Shown: positions 18,240-30,299, counted from the first letter of the stretch. The stretch is 64,000 nt of DNA from Promethearchaeota archaeon (GCA_011364925.1 RDOA01000002.1:96001-160000); one strand, 5' to 3'. Made by a program: numbers and translations. Notes: generated from the sequence alone by a model not told the origin.

Positions 18240-18773
18240 CTAAGATTGTTTCAAATAAGATTGCTGCTTATTCTCAACATTTTGTTTCAGGTTTTGAGCA
18301 AACTTTTCTGCATGTTTGAGGTCATCAGCATTCGGTCTTCCCTTATTGATACCCCCAAAAAGTTTAAGAAATTTATTAGTGTTAAAGCCTCCACAATTAA
18401 ATTCGTCAACAATCTTATAACCCTTAGATTGCAGCTTTTCCCGAAGTTTTGAGTGATTATGGGACAATATCTCTTTCTCATATAAGGGATCATATTTGAT
18501 TAATCCTCGCGGAGCTCCATCTGTCGAAAATATGAATACTTTCTGGTTTTTACCCTGTGGAAGTTTATCAGCAAGATTTAGCAGAAATTCGTGGTGTTTT
18601 CCACCATATATTCCCGATCCAAAACCTATAAGACTATAATCTTGGATATCACCAAGATCTACTTCTTCTGGTGTTTTTAATTGAGCGTCAAGAACTTCTG
18701 CGAATACATTAGCAATTTTTTCAGTATTTTTATGATGTATTGATTTAACAACCACTAGAATCATCTTTTTCAT
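18240..18773 (-). CDS. Flavodoxin-family protein
   Basis: SIHHKNTEKIA, LIGFGSGIY.GKHH, VFIFST, F.C.GF.T...GGINKGRPN..DL..A..FA. Confidence 0.88.
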   Translation of the reverse strand: MKKMILVVVKSIHHKNTEKIANVFAEVLDAQLKTPEEVDLGDIQDYSLIGFGSGIYGGKHHEFLLNLADKLPQGKNQKVFIFSTDGAPRGLIKYDPLYEKEILSHNHSKLREKLQSKGYKIVDEFNCGGFNTNKFLKLFGGINKGRPNADDLKHAEKFAQNLKQNVENKQQSYLKQS

Positions 18774-18783
18774 CCCTGACTGA

Positions 18784-18822
18784 TTAATTTATAGTAATCA
18801 CAACACGACCCTTAAAATGCCC
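18784..18822 (-). pseudogene. Scar: extreme C-terminus of an MDR-family NAD(P) oxidoreductase
   Basis: Minus strand reads GHFKGRVVITIN*, preceded by FEE in another frame; matches the GHxxGKVV MDR terminus. Confidence 0.45.
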
Positions 18823-18927
18823 CATTCCTCAAAATCCTCTTTCTTTTTATATTTTGTATATTAATTTAACAACTTATTTTAAAAACTTTTTTTATAACTT
18901 ATTTACAAGTTTATTTGATTTAATTTC

Positions 18928-18940
18928 AAAAAAAAAAAAA
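18928..18940 (-). terminator. Oligo-T terminator candidate
   Basis: A13 on + (T13 on -), 10 nt after the stop of 18951..19541. Confidence 0.5.
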
Positions 18941-18950
18941 TTTAAAAATT

Positions 18951-19541
18951 TCATTTTAATTTGTGCACTAAGTAGATAGTTCCTCCGATTAGAGCCGGAA
19001 TTCCGAAAATGATTGCAACCCATAAAATTGCCCAGAGATAGGTAACTACGAAATACTGCAAATTCAAATATTCAAAAGTAGTATTCCAATTGCCATTAAC
19101 AGCAACAATAATCAAAAATGTTATGGTTACTAATGCACTACATCCACTAAATCCATTGGATGTTCTTTTTCCTTTACGATGTTTTTTCTTCTCTCCCTCA
19201 TGTTGTTTATTCATTGCCTTTAATTCTTCACGCTTTTCGAGAGATAGGGTAAACCACATTATGCTAAAAATTATCCCTAAAACAGCAAGTGTGGGTAGCC
19301 CTACTAATAATAATTCTCTAAGAGCCAACATTAAGATATAGACAAAGATTAAACCCATAGACCAGTCATTAAAGGTATAGCTCCAAAAACTCCCTGTCCC
19401 AATTCCAATTTCGTTATGCCAAAGAAATACATATATCCCTGAAATGAAAGCAGCGATAATCACCAGAACAAACGGAACGAGTCTAAACCAATGCTTCTTC
19501 ATTAGAAATTCCCAATACGGCCAAATTTCTTCTTCACTCAT
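18951..19541 (-). CDS. Four-TM membrane protein with a basic cytoplasmic loop
   Basis: Four hydrophobic segments; the two halves share a W.x.F motif. Confidence 0.78.
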   Translation of the reverse strand: MSEEEIWPYWEFLMKKHWFRLVPFVLVIIAAFISGIYVFLWHNEIGIGTGSFWSYTFNDWSMGLIFVYILMLALRELLLVGLPTLAVLGIIFSIMWFTLSLEKREELKAMNKQHEGEKKKHRKGKRTSNGFSGCSALVTITFLIIVAVNGNWNTTFEYLNLQYFVVTYLWAILWVAIIFGIPALIGGTIYLVHKLK

Positions 19542-19587
19542 TTTTATTTATCACCTTTTTGTTTTATTTCAGATTTTTTATTTTTGT

Positions 19588-19760
19588 TTAAATTATACTT
19601 ATTACTACATTTCACTTTTTATGCCCATTATCAACATACCTGAGTGCTTCAGCTATGTTTTCTAATGTATATCGTTTATCAATGATTAAGGTTAGAGTTC
19701 CTGCCTCTAGAAGTATTCTGAGAAAATCCATGTATTCCACTTTCTCAGTGGCACCCCCAT
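19588..19760 (-). pseudogene. Remnant 3' end of an MDR-family (RTN4IP1/QOR-like) oxidoreductase with a nonsense codon
   Basis: FLRILLEAGTLTLIIDKRYTLENIAEALRYVDNGHKK*NVVISII*; TGA stands where the family has Gly; the N-terminal portion is absent. Confidence 0.8.
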
Positions 19761-19838
19761 TTTTAAGTTCCTTTTTACTTACAGGATATAAATTCTCTAA
19801 TTTTGGGAAAAATTGCATAGATTGTTCTGATTCTAAAA

Positions 19839-20843
19839 TTATTTATCACCTACATTATTTGTTTTATCTCTATATTTTTCGAGTGCTATCGCCTTATATG
19901 CTTTGGAAATTCCTCCTATGACAACCATTGCTATAACAAATCCAAAAAATCCCCTTATCAAGAAATCTTCAAATGGAACAAATGGTACTAACCCAGGATT
20001 TTCCATTAGAATCACTAAAAGAGGTATATTTAAAACTGAAATGAATATATTTACGCCAATGATGATTTGATGTTTGGTAATTTGCTGATTTCCAATAATT
20101 CCACGAATTAAGTGTAAACCTCCCTCGCAAATTATGAACACTCCAAAAATCCGCAGTATAATTAGAAACTGTGGGTCGATAAGATGAGTAAAGCCTGTTT
20201 CAGGTTGCAATACAAAGATTAATCCAATAGCCATCTGAATTATTCCTCCAACGATTTGACCTTTAGGTTCTAAAAATGGTTTTTCTTCTACAGATGAGAG
20301 TGGTAAGCCCTTTTTCGCTGCCAACTTGACCCTTCTTTTTTCTATCTCGCGTTCCTGTTGCGTTTTTAGATTCTCAGGGAGATACCCCTCCATAGATAGT
20401 GCCACAAATATAAGGGTAACTATCGTAAATACTCCGGTAAGGCCAAAAAGTATCCCAATGATATCAAATTGGAATCTTCCTAAGAAAAGATTAATAATCA
20501 TAAAAACAAAATATACCACTACAACGACAAGAGATAGTATCCCTAAAACTCTCGTATAAAGTGGCCATAAATCTTCTGTTATATAGACTTTAGGCACGCC
20601 TCGGCGTTTATATTCTCTTGCTATACTTTGGGGTGTTCCCATTTGGACAAGAACTTGTTTAATCGCTGATTCCATGGAACTCCCATTATTTGAAAGTTCC
20701 TCAGCCCTATCCCATATATGTTCTTCAATTTCATCCAGGATATCTCCAAGCTCCTGTTTATCCTCTTTTAACCATTCTGGCAATTTTTCTTTAATTTTAT
20801 TAATATATTCTTTGACAGTTTCATTCAAATCATTTTGTTCCAT
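19839..20843 (-). CDS. HAAS-domain membrane protein (PadR partner)
   Basis: EYINKIKEKLP...DILDEIEEHI.DRAEE...VL.QMGTPQSIAREY, then about 6 TM; overlaps padR. Confidence 0.82.
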   Translation of the reverse strand: MEQNDLNETVKEYINKIKEKLPEWLKEDKQELGDILDEIEEHIWDRAEELSNNGSSMESAIKQVLVQMGTPQSIAREYKRRGVPKVYITEDLWPLYTRVLGILSLVVVVVYFVFMIINLFLGRFQFDIIGILFGLTGVFTIVTLIFVALSMEGYLPENLKTQQEREIEKRRVKLAAKKGLPLSSVEEKPFLEPKGQIVGGIIQMAIGLIFVLQPETGFTHLIDPQFLIILRIFGVFIICEGGLHLIRGIIGNQQITKHQIIIGVNIFISVLNIPLLVILMENPGLVPFVPFEDFLIRGFFGFVIAMVVIGGISKAYKAIALEKYRDKTNNVGDK

Positions 20844-21378
20844 CTTTATTTAACCTCCTTTCCCTTAGTTCTTGTATATTTAATCCACACATATCGCAAT
20901 AAACATTTTCTTGATCTTCTAAATCAATTTTGTTTGCGCAGTTAGGACAATATAAATAACGATCATTCAAGGCAACACTAATACCAAGCAATGGAGAAAT
21001 AGCCTCTGTTAACTTACCATAAAATCCTAACATATGATTGTATACTTTGTTTCCTATTTTTGTTATCGAATACACTTTCCTCATTCTATTATCGACGATT
21101 TTTTTTTCTGATTTAAGAATTCCATTTTCTTCAAGCTTTCTTAATAAAGGGTATAGAGTACCTTCTTCTATTATTAGCATTTCATTCGTCTCTTTTTCAA
21201 GATTTTTCAACAATCCATAACCATGAATTTCTCTATTTTCAGCTTCATTAATTATTGCTAAGATGCACAATGTACTGATTCCCCGATTAATTTCAGATTC
21301 AAATTTTTCTAGATAGTCTCTGATTTCTTGCGAAGCGATTAATGCTTCTTCTCCTAATTTTTTAACTCCTTTTATCAT
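20830..21378 (-). CDS. PadR-family regulator with a C-terminal zinc ribbon
   Basis: HGYGL, EGTLYPLLRKLE..G, RKVYSITKIG; CPNC...CDMCG. Confidence 0.9.
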   Translation of the reverse strand: MIKGVKKLGEEALIASQEIRDYLEKFESEINRGISTLCILAIINEAENREIHGYGLLKNLEKETNEMLIIEEGTLYPLLRKLEENGILKSEKKIVDNRMRKVYSITKIGNKVYNHMLGFYGKLTEAISPLLGISVALNDRYLYCPNCANKIDLEDQENVYCDMCGLNIQELRERRLNKDGTK

Positions 21379-21409
21379 ATGCTCTCAGCTTTTTTAATTA
21401 ACTTTTTTT

Positions 21410-21451
21410 ATTAGTTTAGTATTTTTTTCATAGTAAACTAATTATACTAAA
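21410..21451. promoter_or_regulatory. Interleaved inverted repeats upstream of padR (candidate autoregulatory operator)
   Basis: ATTAGTTTA(21410)/TAAACTAAT(21434) and TTTAGTAT(21415)/ATACTAAA(21444). Confidence 0.35.
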
Positions 21452-21544
21452 TCACTCACAGTATATAAATCTTTCGGTAGGGATCTCCTAATCACAACTT
21501 ACGAAAATTAAGCTTTTAAGAGTTTAAAATATATAATCATTCAA

Positions 21545-21631
21545 ATGGATGAAATTGATCTAGCCATATTAAAGAAATTAATTATTAACTCACGAATTCC
21601 TTATCGGGAATTAGCAGAAGATATTGGATAA
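21545..21631 (+). pseudogene. Truncated Lrp/AsnC regulator (first 28 aa only)
   Basis: MDEIDLAILKKLIINSRIPYRELAEDIG*: the Lrp N-terminus, cut before the recognition helix. Confidence 0.8.
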
Positions 21632-21686
21632 AGAGAAAAGAGTTTATTTCAAAATTATCTTTAATTCTTCGATAATGCTTCATTAG

Positions 21687-22979
21687 TTAACTTAACTTGT
21701 TCTTTGCCTCTCCTAAACGGTCTAAGATTCTATTTTTTGAATTTACAGCCACAGAGTTCATCCTTTGAGCATTGTGTCTAGATTCAAGATAATGAAAATT
21801 GAAATACATTTTTCCTCTCATTGTATAAACTAAGACAGTGATTGCTCCCAACGCAAAGGATATTGCTCCATAAAATGATTCTATCGAAAATTTTTTGGAA
21901 TCTAAATCAATGCCCAATCGATCTAGAGATCCTAAATTTGTAATTGCAAAAGCTTCTTTAGGAACTACTACTTCGAAAAATAAAGGAGTTAAATCTTTGA
22001 GAACATTTATTGGAACTCCTGTATGAACCATTTTGAAGAGTTTGTACACATTTTTATCTCGTAAGGATATATACAATTTCTTTTGATACCTCTTAACGTT
22101 TTCCCAGAAATCATATTTATCTTTGTATTTCATATCTACTATGGCCGCACCAGCATATAATCCAAAAGCTTCGCCAATTGGATAATTTAATCTCCCTCTT
22201 AGATTTACTGGGTTATTAATAATAGAGATATCCGGCAAGAACGCAGTACAAATCGCACTATGAACTGAAACTCGTCTCGTTTTACATAGGTGAATAAATA
22301 GATCAGTCTCCTCTTTAGATAAGTTCCATGAAATTAATCTCAGATCGTCCTCTTTATAGTCAGAAGCATAATGTAGGTATTCTTTTCTTGTACCATGTCT
22401 GAGAAAGTAATAAGCTTTTAACAAAGATACGAAAAATTTAGCGCGAAAAGCAGATTTTGGGATTTTCTTTCTGATTTTTGTGGGAAATATATCTTCTTTA
22501 TTCATAGGCGAATTAATTGGAGATATTTCAATATTAGGATCATTCAAAAAGTCGACGAGATCTCTCATTAAAAAAGCCATTGACAAACCATCAGTAATTG
22601 TATGCTGAGAACAAAGTATCAGATCACTTCGTTCTAAAGAATGAAGAAGAGTGACTCGAAATAGAGGTTTTACAGGATCGGTCATGTCGAATGGCGTTTC
22701 GAGATTTTTAAGAAATAATTTAGTAGTTTTTGACTCATTTTCAAATTTTAATGCTTCGATAGGGATTTCCTCAACATCTTTTGAGGTAAACCAGTAAAAA
22801 TCTTCACTATTGCCTTCAATTCGGACTTTTAGTAATGGATGTTTCTCTTGAGCTTTCTTTAAAGCCAACTTTAGTTCATCTTCGAAGATTGAACCCCTAA
22901 TCGATAATACAACGACTAAATTGTAAGGTTGTCCAAGAGAGAAATTAAAATATTCTAAATCATTAAGTCTTCTTTCCAT
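21687..22979 (-). CDS. Condensation-domain / CoA-dependent acyltransferase (PapA5, alcohol acetyltransferase-like)
   Basis: KHPLLKVRI, PLFRVTLL, QHTITDGLS (HxxxD), PVNLR, ITNLG. Confidence 0.8.
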   Translation of the reverse strand: MERRLNDLEYFNFSLGQPYNLVVVLSIRGSIFEDELKLALKKAQEKHPLLKVRIEGNSEDFYWFTSKDVEEIPIEALKFENESKTTKLFLKNLETPFDMTDPVKPLFRVTLLHSLERSDLILCSQHTITDGLSMAFLMRDLVDFLNDPNIEISPINSPMNKEDIFPTKIRKKIPKSAFRAKFFVSLLKAYYFLRHGTRKEYLHYASDYKEDDLRLISWNLSKEETDLFIHLCKTRRVSVHSAICTAFLPDISIINNPVNLRGRLNYPIGEAFGLYAGAAIVDMKYKDKYDFWENVKRYQKKLYISLRDKNVYKLFKMVHTGVPINVLKDLTPLFFEVVVPKEAFAITNLGSLDRLGIDLDSKKFSIESFYGAISFALGAITVLVYTMRGKMYFNFHYLESRHNAQRMNSVAVNSKNRILDRLGEAKNKLS

Positions 22980-23251
22980 CAGAATCTAACTCATTTATTG
23001 AGGAGCCATTTCAATGAAATTACGCTATTCAAAGATATTTATAGTATAAGTATTTATTCATTTGTTTTAATTTTAACTCTTACTCTATCTCCTTTAAAAC
23101 TTCTTTGAGAGAAAATAAAAAAGATAAATCAATACTCTGTCTAATTTTGGAAAAAGATTTAAAATTTAATTACAAGATTGGTGAAATACTTCTACTGGAC
23201 TTTTGTTAAAGGAAATAAAAATGGTTCTTAGAAGAATAGAATAAAAAAAAA

Positions 23252-24445
23252 TTATTTTAACTGTACTTTTGGCGCTTCTTTTAAGTAAGCTGCTTTCCCG
23301 TCTAACGACTCCCAAAAATAATTCGCTACTTCTTGAAACTTTTCTGATGAAAAATCAGGATATACAACTTTTTGCATTAATTCGATATCAATATTCCCGT
23401 CTTTTACGATTTGTTCACCAGCTTTTTTACAAGCATCTTGAATCACATTTCTCCGAATGGAACCAACTGGTTGAAATAGTGTCTCAGAAGCCGTCATATA
23501 GAATTCCCCAACTATAGACATACTATGGTTATGTAAATCCCACATTTTAAACATTCCTCTTAACCCGTCAAAATTATTTTCTAAATCTGGAAAACCGGAA
23601 GCACTAAAAACGACAAATCCCTGTTTCCCTAATTCAGGGTATCTATCGGGATGGGTTATAAAGCCTTGTTTATCACGTATCATATAAGGTTTTAGAAGTG
23701 GGCATAATCTCTCCAAAAATCTTTTTAGAAATGCAGTAACATTAAAAATAAAAAGTGGCGATGCAAAAACAACTAAATCGGCTTCACGATACTTTTTTCT
23801 TAGTATTGTCATATCATCCTTATAGATACATTCTCCTGGCGTTTTTGTCCAGCAGGTATAACATCCGGAACAATCGTGAATATTATAATCTTTTAATTTA
23901 AAATATTCCACATTAGCACCTGCTTCTTTAGCTCCTTCAATAAAGTTGTTTACCATAAAGCTTGTCTTACTTAATTTACTATCCCGCGCTCCACCATCAA
24001 AAACTACTATTTTTCTAATTTTTCCTGGTCCAAAATCTTTATAACTAATTTCAATTTTCTTAAGCTTTGGTTTATCCATCTCTTTCTTAGGTTTTTCTTT
24101 TTCCTTCTTAGTAGGAGAAAATAGATCGTGAAGTTTCATTAATATAGTCATATCACCTTCTACTACATATTCTTTATTGACATATGCCTTAGCGGCTGAT
24201 ATTTCATTATTTGAAATTCCCAGCCATATTTTTGAATCTGCTTTTACTGTAGTATTAGGATTTGGATGTATTCCATATTCAAATAGACACTTTGAATCTT
24301 TGATTGTTAAATATCCATCTAACGGATCCTCACCTGTCAGACAATATTGAATTACAACATCAACCCCTTTTGCTAATTCTTTATTTAAACCATAAGGCAT
24401 CGATTCAAATAAATCCTTTACTGTTTCGAAGTGTCGTTTTTTCAT
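23252..24445 (-). CDS. SCP2 lipid-binding domain fused to an iron-sulfur-flavoprotein-like domain
   Basis: SCP2 pattern (IQYCLTGE..GYLTIKD..P.TTV..D..W......Y.VEGD..L), Lys-rich linker, CSGCYTCW.KTPGEC..KDDM, VFASPL. Confidence 0.82.
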   Translation of the reverse strand: MKKRHFETVKDLFESMPYGLNKELAKGVDVVIQYCLTGEDPLDGYLTIKDSKCLFEYGIHPNPNTTVKADSKIWLGISNNEISAAKAYVNKEYVVEGDMTILMKLHDLFSPTKKEKEKPKKEMDKPKLKKIEISYKDFGPGKIRKIVVFDGGARDSKLSKTSFMVNNFIEGAKEAGANVEYFKLKDYNIHDCSGCYTCWTKTPGECIYKDDMTILRKKYREADLVVFASPLFIFNVTAFLKRFLERLCPLLKPYMIRDKQGFITHPDRYPELGKQGFVVFSASGFPDLENNFDGLRGMFKMWDLHNHSMSIVGEFYMTASETLFQPVGSIRRNVIQDACKKAGEQIVKDGNIDIELMQKVVYPDFSSEKFQEVANYFWESLDGKAAYLKEAPKVQLK

Positions 24446-24812
24446 TTTGAATTCCTCCTTTATATTATAATTATTATTATAACTTTTAATTATTTTTAAC
24501 TTTAATAAGTTGGGGGGCTCAAATAAGAGTATGTTCGATAATTAGGGAAAAAAAAGCTTTAGAATCTCACAACCCTCAAATAAAAAGAAAGAAATTTTAG
24601 TGCAATAAGTTAATTAAAAATTTCGATAAAATCCACATTTCTTCCCTCGAATTAATATAATTTAGAACTAAAAATACCATAATATATTTCAATTAGTTGA
24701 AATTTGGGAAAGTATTATTAAAACTTCTAATAAACGAACGAAATCATATAAATTTCAAAATTATTTGACTTATCCTTAATTCTTATTAAATAAATAAAAA
24801 GAAAATGAAAAA

Positions 24813-25562
24813 TTATACTTTGCTGTACTTTTTAAACAATAAGATTCCTATGCTAATAATTACAAGGCTAAAGATTATAAGTATAAACATATCACCCCAA
24901 ATTCTTAAATCATTTAGCGGTACGCCGTTTGAGAGGAGCGTTAAAGCATCAGACACATAATGTAAAGGCATGAACATACTAACTGCCTTAGCTTCAGATG
25001 GCAAGGGATATAACCCAGAGGCAAGCATTTGCTGAGGGAGCACGAAAATTTGAATTATCCCTCCAGCTGCTTTTGCGCTTTTTGCGATAGTTGCCGTTAT
25101 TAATCCAAAACCAATAGTAGACATGGAAAAGATAACCATTAAGACAAACGCAAAGACGGTTCCCTCGACTGATCCACGATATCCCATTAGAAAAGTAAGA
25201 ACGGCAATAATTGCTACTTGAATGATAGACATGGTTACATTTGATAATAAGTGACTTCCTATGAACTCTGTAGCAGTCGTTGGAGTCGTGTTAATTCTTT
25301 TTAACAAACCTTGTTCTCGGTCTTCTGAAAATGATAATGCAACTGGTATTGCCATAAAAAGCGCACTAAAGGCATATAAACCAGGAACAAGTACTTCAAA
25401 TACGCTCTTTCCCAAATCTTCTATGATCACCGATCCAAACATCAGACTAAATATCAATGTTAATACTATTGGGAGTATAAGTATTATAGATAGTGGGGCT
25501 GGTGACCTTATAAGATTTTTATATTGTAGTTTTAGAATAGCGAAAATTCTTTTACTTTTCAT
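24813..25562 (-). CDS. ABC-2 type exporter permease
   Basis: Six TM; LVPG, DREQGLLKRI.TTP, SG.YP, P..Y.DA. Confidence 0.88.
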   Translation of the reverse strand: MKSKRIFAILKLQYKNLIRSPAPLSIILILPIVLTLIFSLMFGSVIIEDLGKSVFEVLVPGLYAFSALFMAIPVALSFSEDREQGLLKRINTTPTTATEFIGSHLLSNVTMSIIQVAIIAVLTFLMGYRGSVEGTVFAFVLMVIFSMSTIGFGLITATIAKSAKAAGGIIQIFVLPQQMLASGLYPLPSEAKAVSMFMPLHYVSDALTLLSNGVPLNDLRIWGDMFILIIFSLVIISIGILLFKKYSKV

Positions 25563-25564
25563 TT

Positions 25565-26383
25565 TTAAACACCCTCCATAATTCTTCTTCCTGTAATTTT
25601 TAAAAATACTTCTTCCAAGTCTTTTGCACGATGTTCCCTGATCAGATCTTTTGGTGATCCTATCGCAATTAATTTACCATAATCAATTATAGCAACTCTA
25701 TCACAAAGTTCTTCCGCTTCTTCTATATAATGCGTTGTTAAAACTACTGTTTTATTCGATTCCTTTAAAGAGCTAATGAATTTCCAGGTTCTTCGCCTGA
25801 CTCGTGGATCCATTCCAACTGTTGGTTCGTCGAGAAACAAAATGGGAGGGTCACTTATTAGAGCTATAATAAGATTTAATTGTCTCAACATTCCCCCACT
25901 ATATTTTTTTGCTTTTTTATCGCTTGCATCTGATAAACCTAAGAGTTCTAGGAATTCTTTTGACCTATCCTTTATTTCTTGATCATCCATGAGATGTAAC
26001 TTACCGAAAAATTCGATATTTTCCTTAGCACTTAGATATTGATAGACCGCTGCTTGTTGTGGGCAAACACCAATTAATTCTTTGATTTTTCTAAGATTCT
26101 TCTTGACATCATAGCCTCCTATAAAAGCATCTCCTTCAGTTTGATTTACCAAGCCACACAAAATATTTATTATGGTGGTTTTTCCCGCCCCATTTGGTCC
26201 TAATAGCCCAAAAATCTCACCATTCTTTATCGAAAACGAAATTCCATCAACAGCTTTTACTTCTTCTATTACTTTCTTACCTGTGTATATTTTTCTCAAA
26301 TTCTTGATTTCGATAGTATTTTGATTATAAGAAACAAATACTTTTTCACTGCCAAGTAAATCCAAATTTTTAGAATTCAACAT
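25565..26383 (-). CDS. ABC exporter ATPase (DrrA-like)
   Basis: GPNGAGKTT, YSGGM, LFLDEPT, LTTHY.EEA. Confidence 0.92.
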   Translation of the reverse strand: MLNSKNLDLLGSEKVFVSYNQNTIEIKNLRKIYTGKKVIEEVKAVDGISFSIKNGEIFGLLGPNGAGKTTIINILCGLVNQTEGDAFIGGYDVKKNLRKIKELIGVCPQQAAVYQYLSAKENIEFFGKLHLMDDQEIKDRSKEFLELLGLSDASDKKAKKYSGGMLRQLNLIIALISDPPILFLDEPTVGMDPRVRRRTWKFISSLKESNKTVVLTTHYIEEAEELCDRVAIIDYGKLIAIGSPKDLIREHRAKDLEEVFLKITGRRIMEGV

Positions 26384-26701
26384 TTATTAACACCTTAATT
26401 TTATTTAATTTTAGCTAAATTTGCTTAAATTAAATGAAAATTCCCGTATATTTAATCTAACGAGTGAAGAACCGTTTAGTAAAGGGAGATTAACTAAAAA
26501 AAAGTAGTAAAGAACTCTTTACTATCCCAAATTTCTTTCAAACAAAAAGTTAATCTAGCGTCCAAAGGACTGTAAATAGAGAGAAAATTTTTTTATTTTC
26601 AAAAATCAAATTACTCTCTCTATCATAAAATTAAAAAAAATAAATAGGATTAATCCGAAATAGAATTATAGTAAGATTAAAATTGATTAAAATTTAATTA
26701 G

Positions 26702-27196
26702 ATGGTCAGTATGAGTTTTAATAAAAAAAGCCCAGAAGAAATCCCTACTTCTGAGGAAGATGAAATTTTCAAGCTGTTAACACACCCAACTCGCCGTAAT
26801 ATCATAAAAGTCTTGGGAGAACGAGACCTCACTTTTTCACAAATTCAAAAGAATTTAGAAATTGACAGTCCAACTCTTTCCTATCATCTCAAAAGCATGA
26901 ATCCATTTGTAATTCAAAAAAAAAATAAATATTCTTTTTCAGAAATTGGAAGAGCTGCTTTATTTCTCCTTACAAAAACAGACCAATCAATAAAAATGTC
27001 TCGTTATAAGAGAAATTTCATTTATGCTTATGTGATAACTCTATTATGTTGGGCAACGGCAGAAATTTTAACCCCTCTTGCCTTTTGGTTTGTTTCACCT
27101 AAAGATCTTTCTAATATAATAATACAAATAACAATAAATGTAATTTGTGCAATTAATTTAATTGTGCTTGGGCTCTTAAGAAATCGATATACTTAG
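26702..27196 (+). CDS. Membrane-tethered winged-HTH regulator (ArsR-like + 2 TM), copy 1
   Basis: IFKLLTHPTRRNII..L...TFSQI...LSYHLK, then two TM helices. Confidence 0.85.
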   Translation: MVSMSFNKKSPEEIPTSEEDEIFKLLTHPTRRNIIKVLGERDLTFSQIQKNLEIDSPTLSYHLKSMNPFVIQKKNKYSFSEIGRAALFLLTKTDQSIKMSRYKRNFIYAYVITLLCWATAEILTPLAFWFVSPKDLSNIIIQITINVICAINLIVLGLLRNRYT

Positions 27197-27321
27197 CTAT
27201 CAAACAGAAAAAGCTTTTATGAACTAGTTTTAAATTGTCCCCCTTATTTTAAGTGTACCCTTTCTTTAAAAACTTGTACTCATATAATTTATTTAATATT
27301 CGAAATTTGTTATTGAGTATA

Positions 27322-27804
27322 ATGATAAGAAATCAGCCCAAACCCGAAGAAATTCCTACTTCCAAGGAAGATGAAATTTTTAAGTTATTAACACATCCAA
27401 CACGCCGTAATATCATAAAAGCGTTAGGAGAGCGTGATCTTACCTTTTCAGAAATTCAAAAGAATCTAGAAATTGATAGTCCAACTCTTTCCTATCATCT
27501 TAAAAGTATGAACGCATTTGTAATTCAAAAAAAATCTAAATATTCCTTTTCAGAGATTGGAAGAGCTGCATTGTTTCTCCTTACAAAGACAGATCAATCG
27601 ATAAAGATGTCCAGATACAGAAGATATTTTTTGTACGTATACATCGTGAGTTATGCTTGTTGGGTAATTACTGGGGTTATTACTCCTATTATAATGTTAT
27701 TCTACTCAATCGGTCTTTCAATATTTATTTTTGAGATTGCTCTAAATGTTATAGCTGTGGTTAACATGTCTGTGATCGGATTCTTAAAAAGTCGGTATAT
27801 TTGA
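27322..27804 (+). CDS. Membrane-tethered winged-HTH regulator, copy 2
   Basis: Near-identical HTH to copy 1; alignment favours ATG 27322 over the GTG at 27253. Confidence 0.85.
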   Translation: MIRNQPKPEEIPTSKEDEIFKLLTHPTRRNIIKALGERDLTFSEIQKNLEIDSPTLSYHLKSMNAFVIQKKSKYSFSEIGRAALFLLTKTDQSIKMSRYRRYFLYVYIVSYACWVITGVITPIIMLFYSIGLSIFIFEIALNVIAVVNMSVIGFLKSRYI

Positions 27805-27883
27805 AATATACTTCAACTCGAACTATTTGAAAAAATAAAAAAAATATAAAACTTGAATTTTATTAATTTATTAAAAACCTAAG

Positions 27884-30103
<2,220 letters not shown>

Positions 30104-30174
30104 TTAACAAAATAAATTTGTTGCATTATCAATACAAGAATGTCGAGTATATATTTGATTACATAATGATTTAT

Positions 30175-30197
30175 TATACAAGAATCATTCTTATATA
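30175..30197. promoter_or_regulatory. Fur/PerR-box-like palindrome between katG and the Fur-family gene
   Basis: TATAcAAGAAT-C-ATTCTTaTATA; odd-centred AT-rich inverted repeat of the 7-1-7 type. Confidence 0.6.
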
Positions 30198-30299
30198 GTA
30201 ACTACTATCAAATTGTAACCATTATTAATATAACTTTTGATTTAAGTTCATAAATTTTAAAATTGTATGCTTACGCAATATAACTACTTGGTGGTTTAA

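Noticed and set aside
19612-19614. In-frame TGA as selenocysteine or recoding
   Set aside because: The position is Gly (GGA->TGA) in the family, the gene lacks its N-terminal part, and other genes here use TGA as a normal stop
27253-27321. N-terminal extension of the second wHTH-TM regulator
   Set aside because: No counterpart in copy 1; it looks like AT-rich promoter sequence
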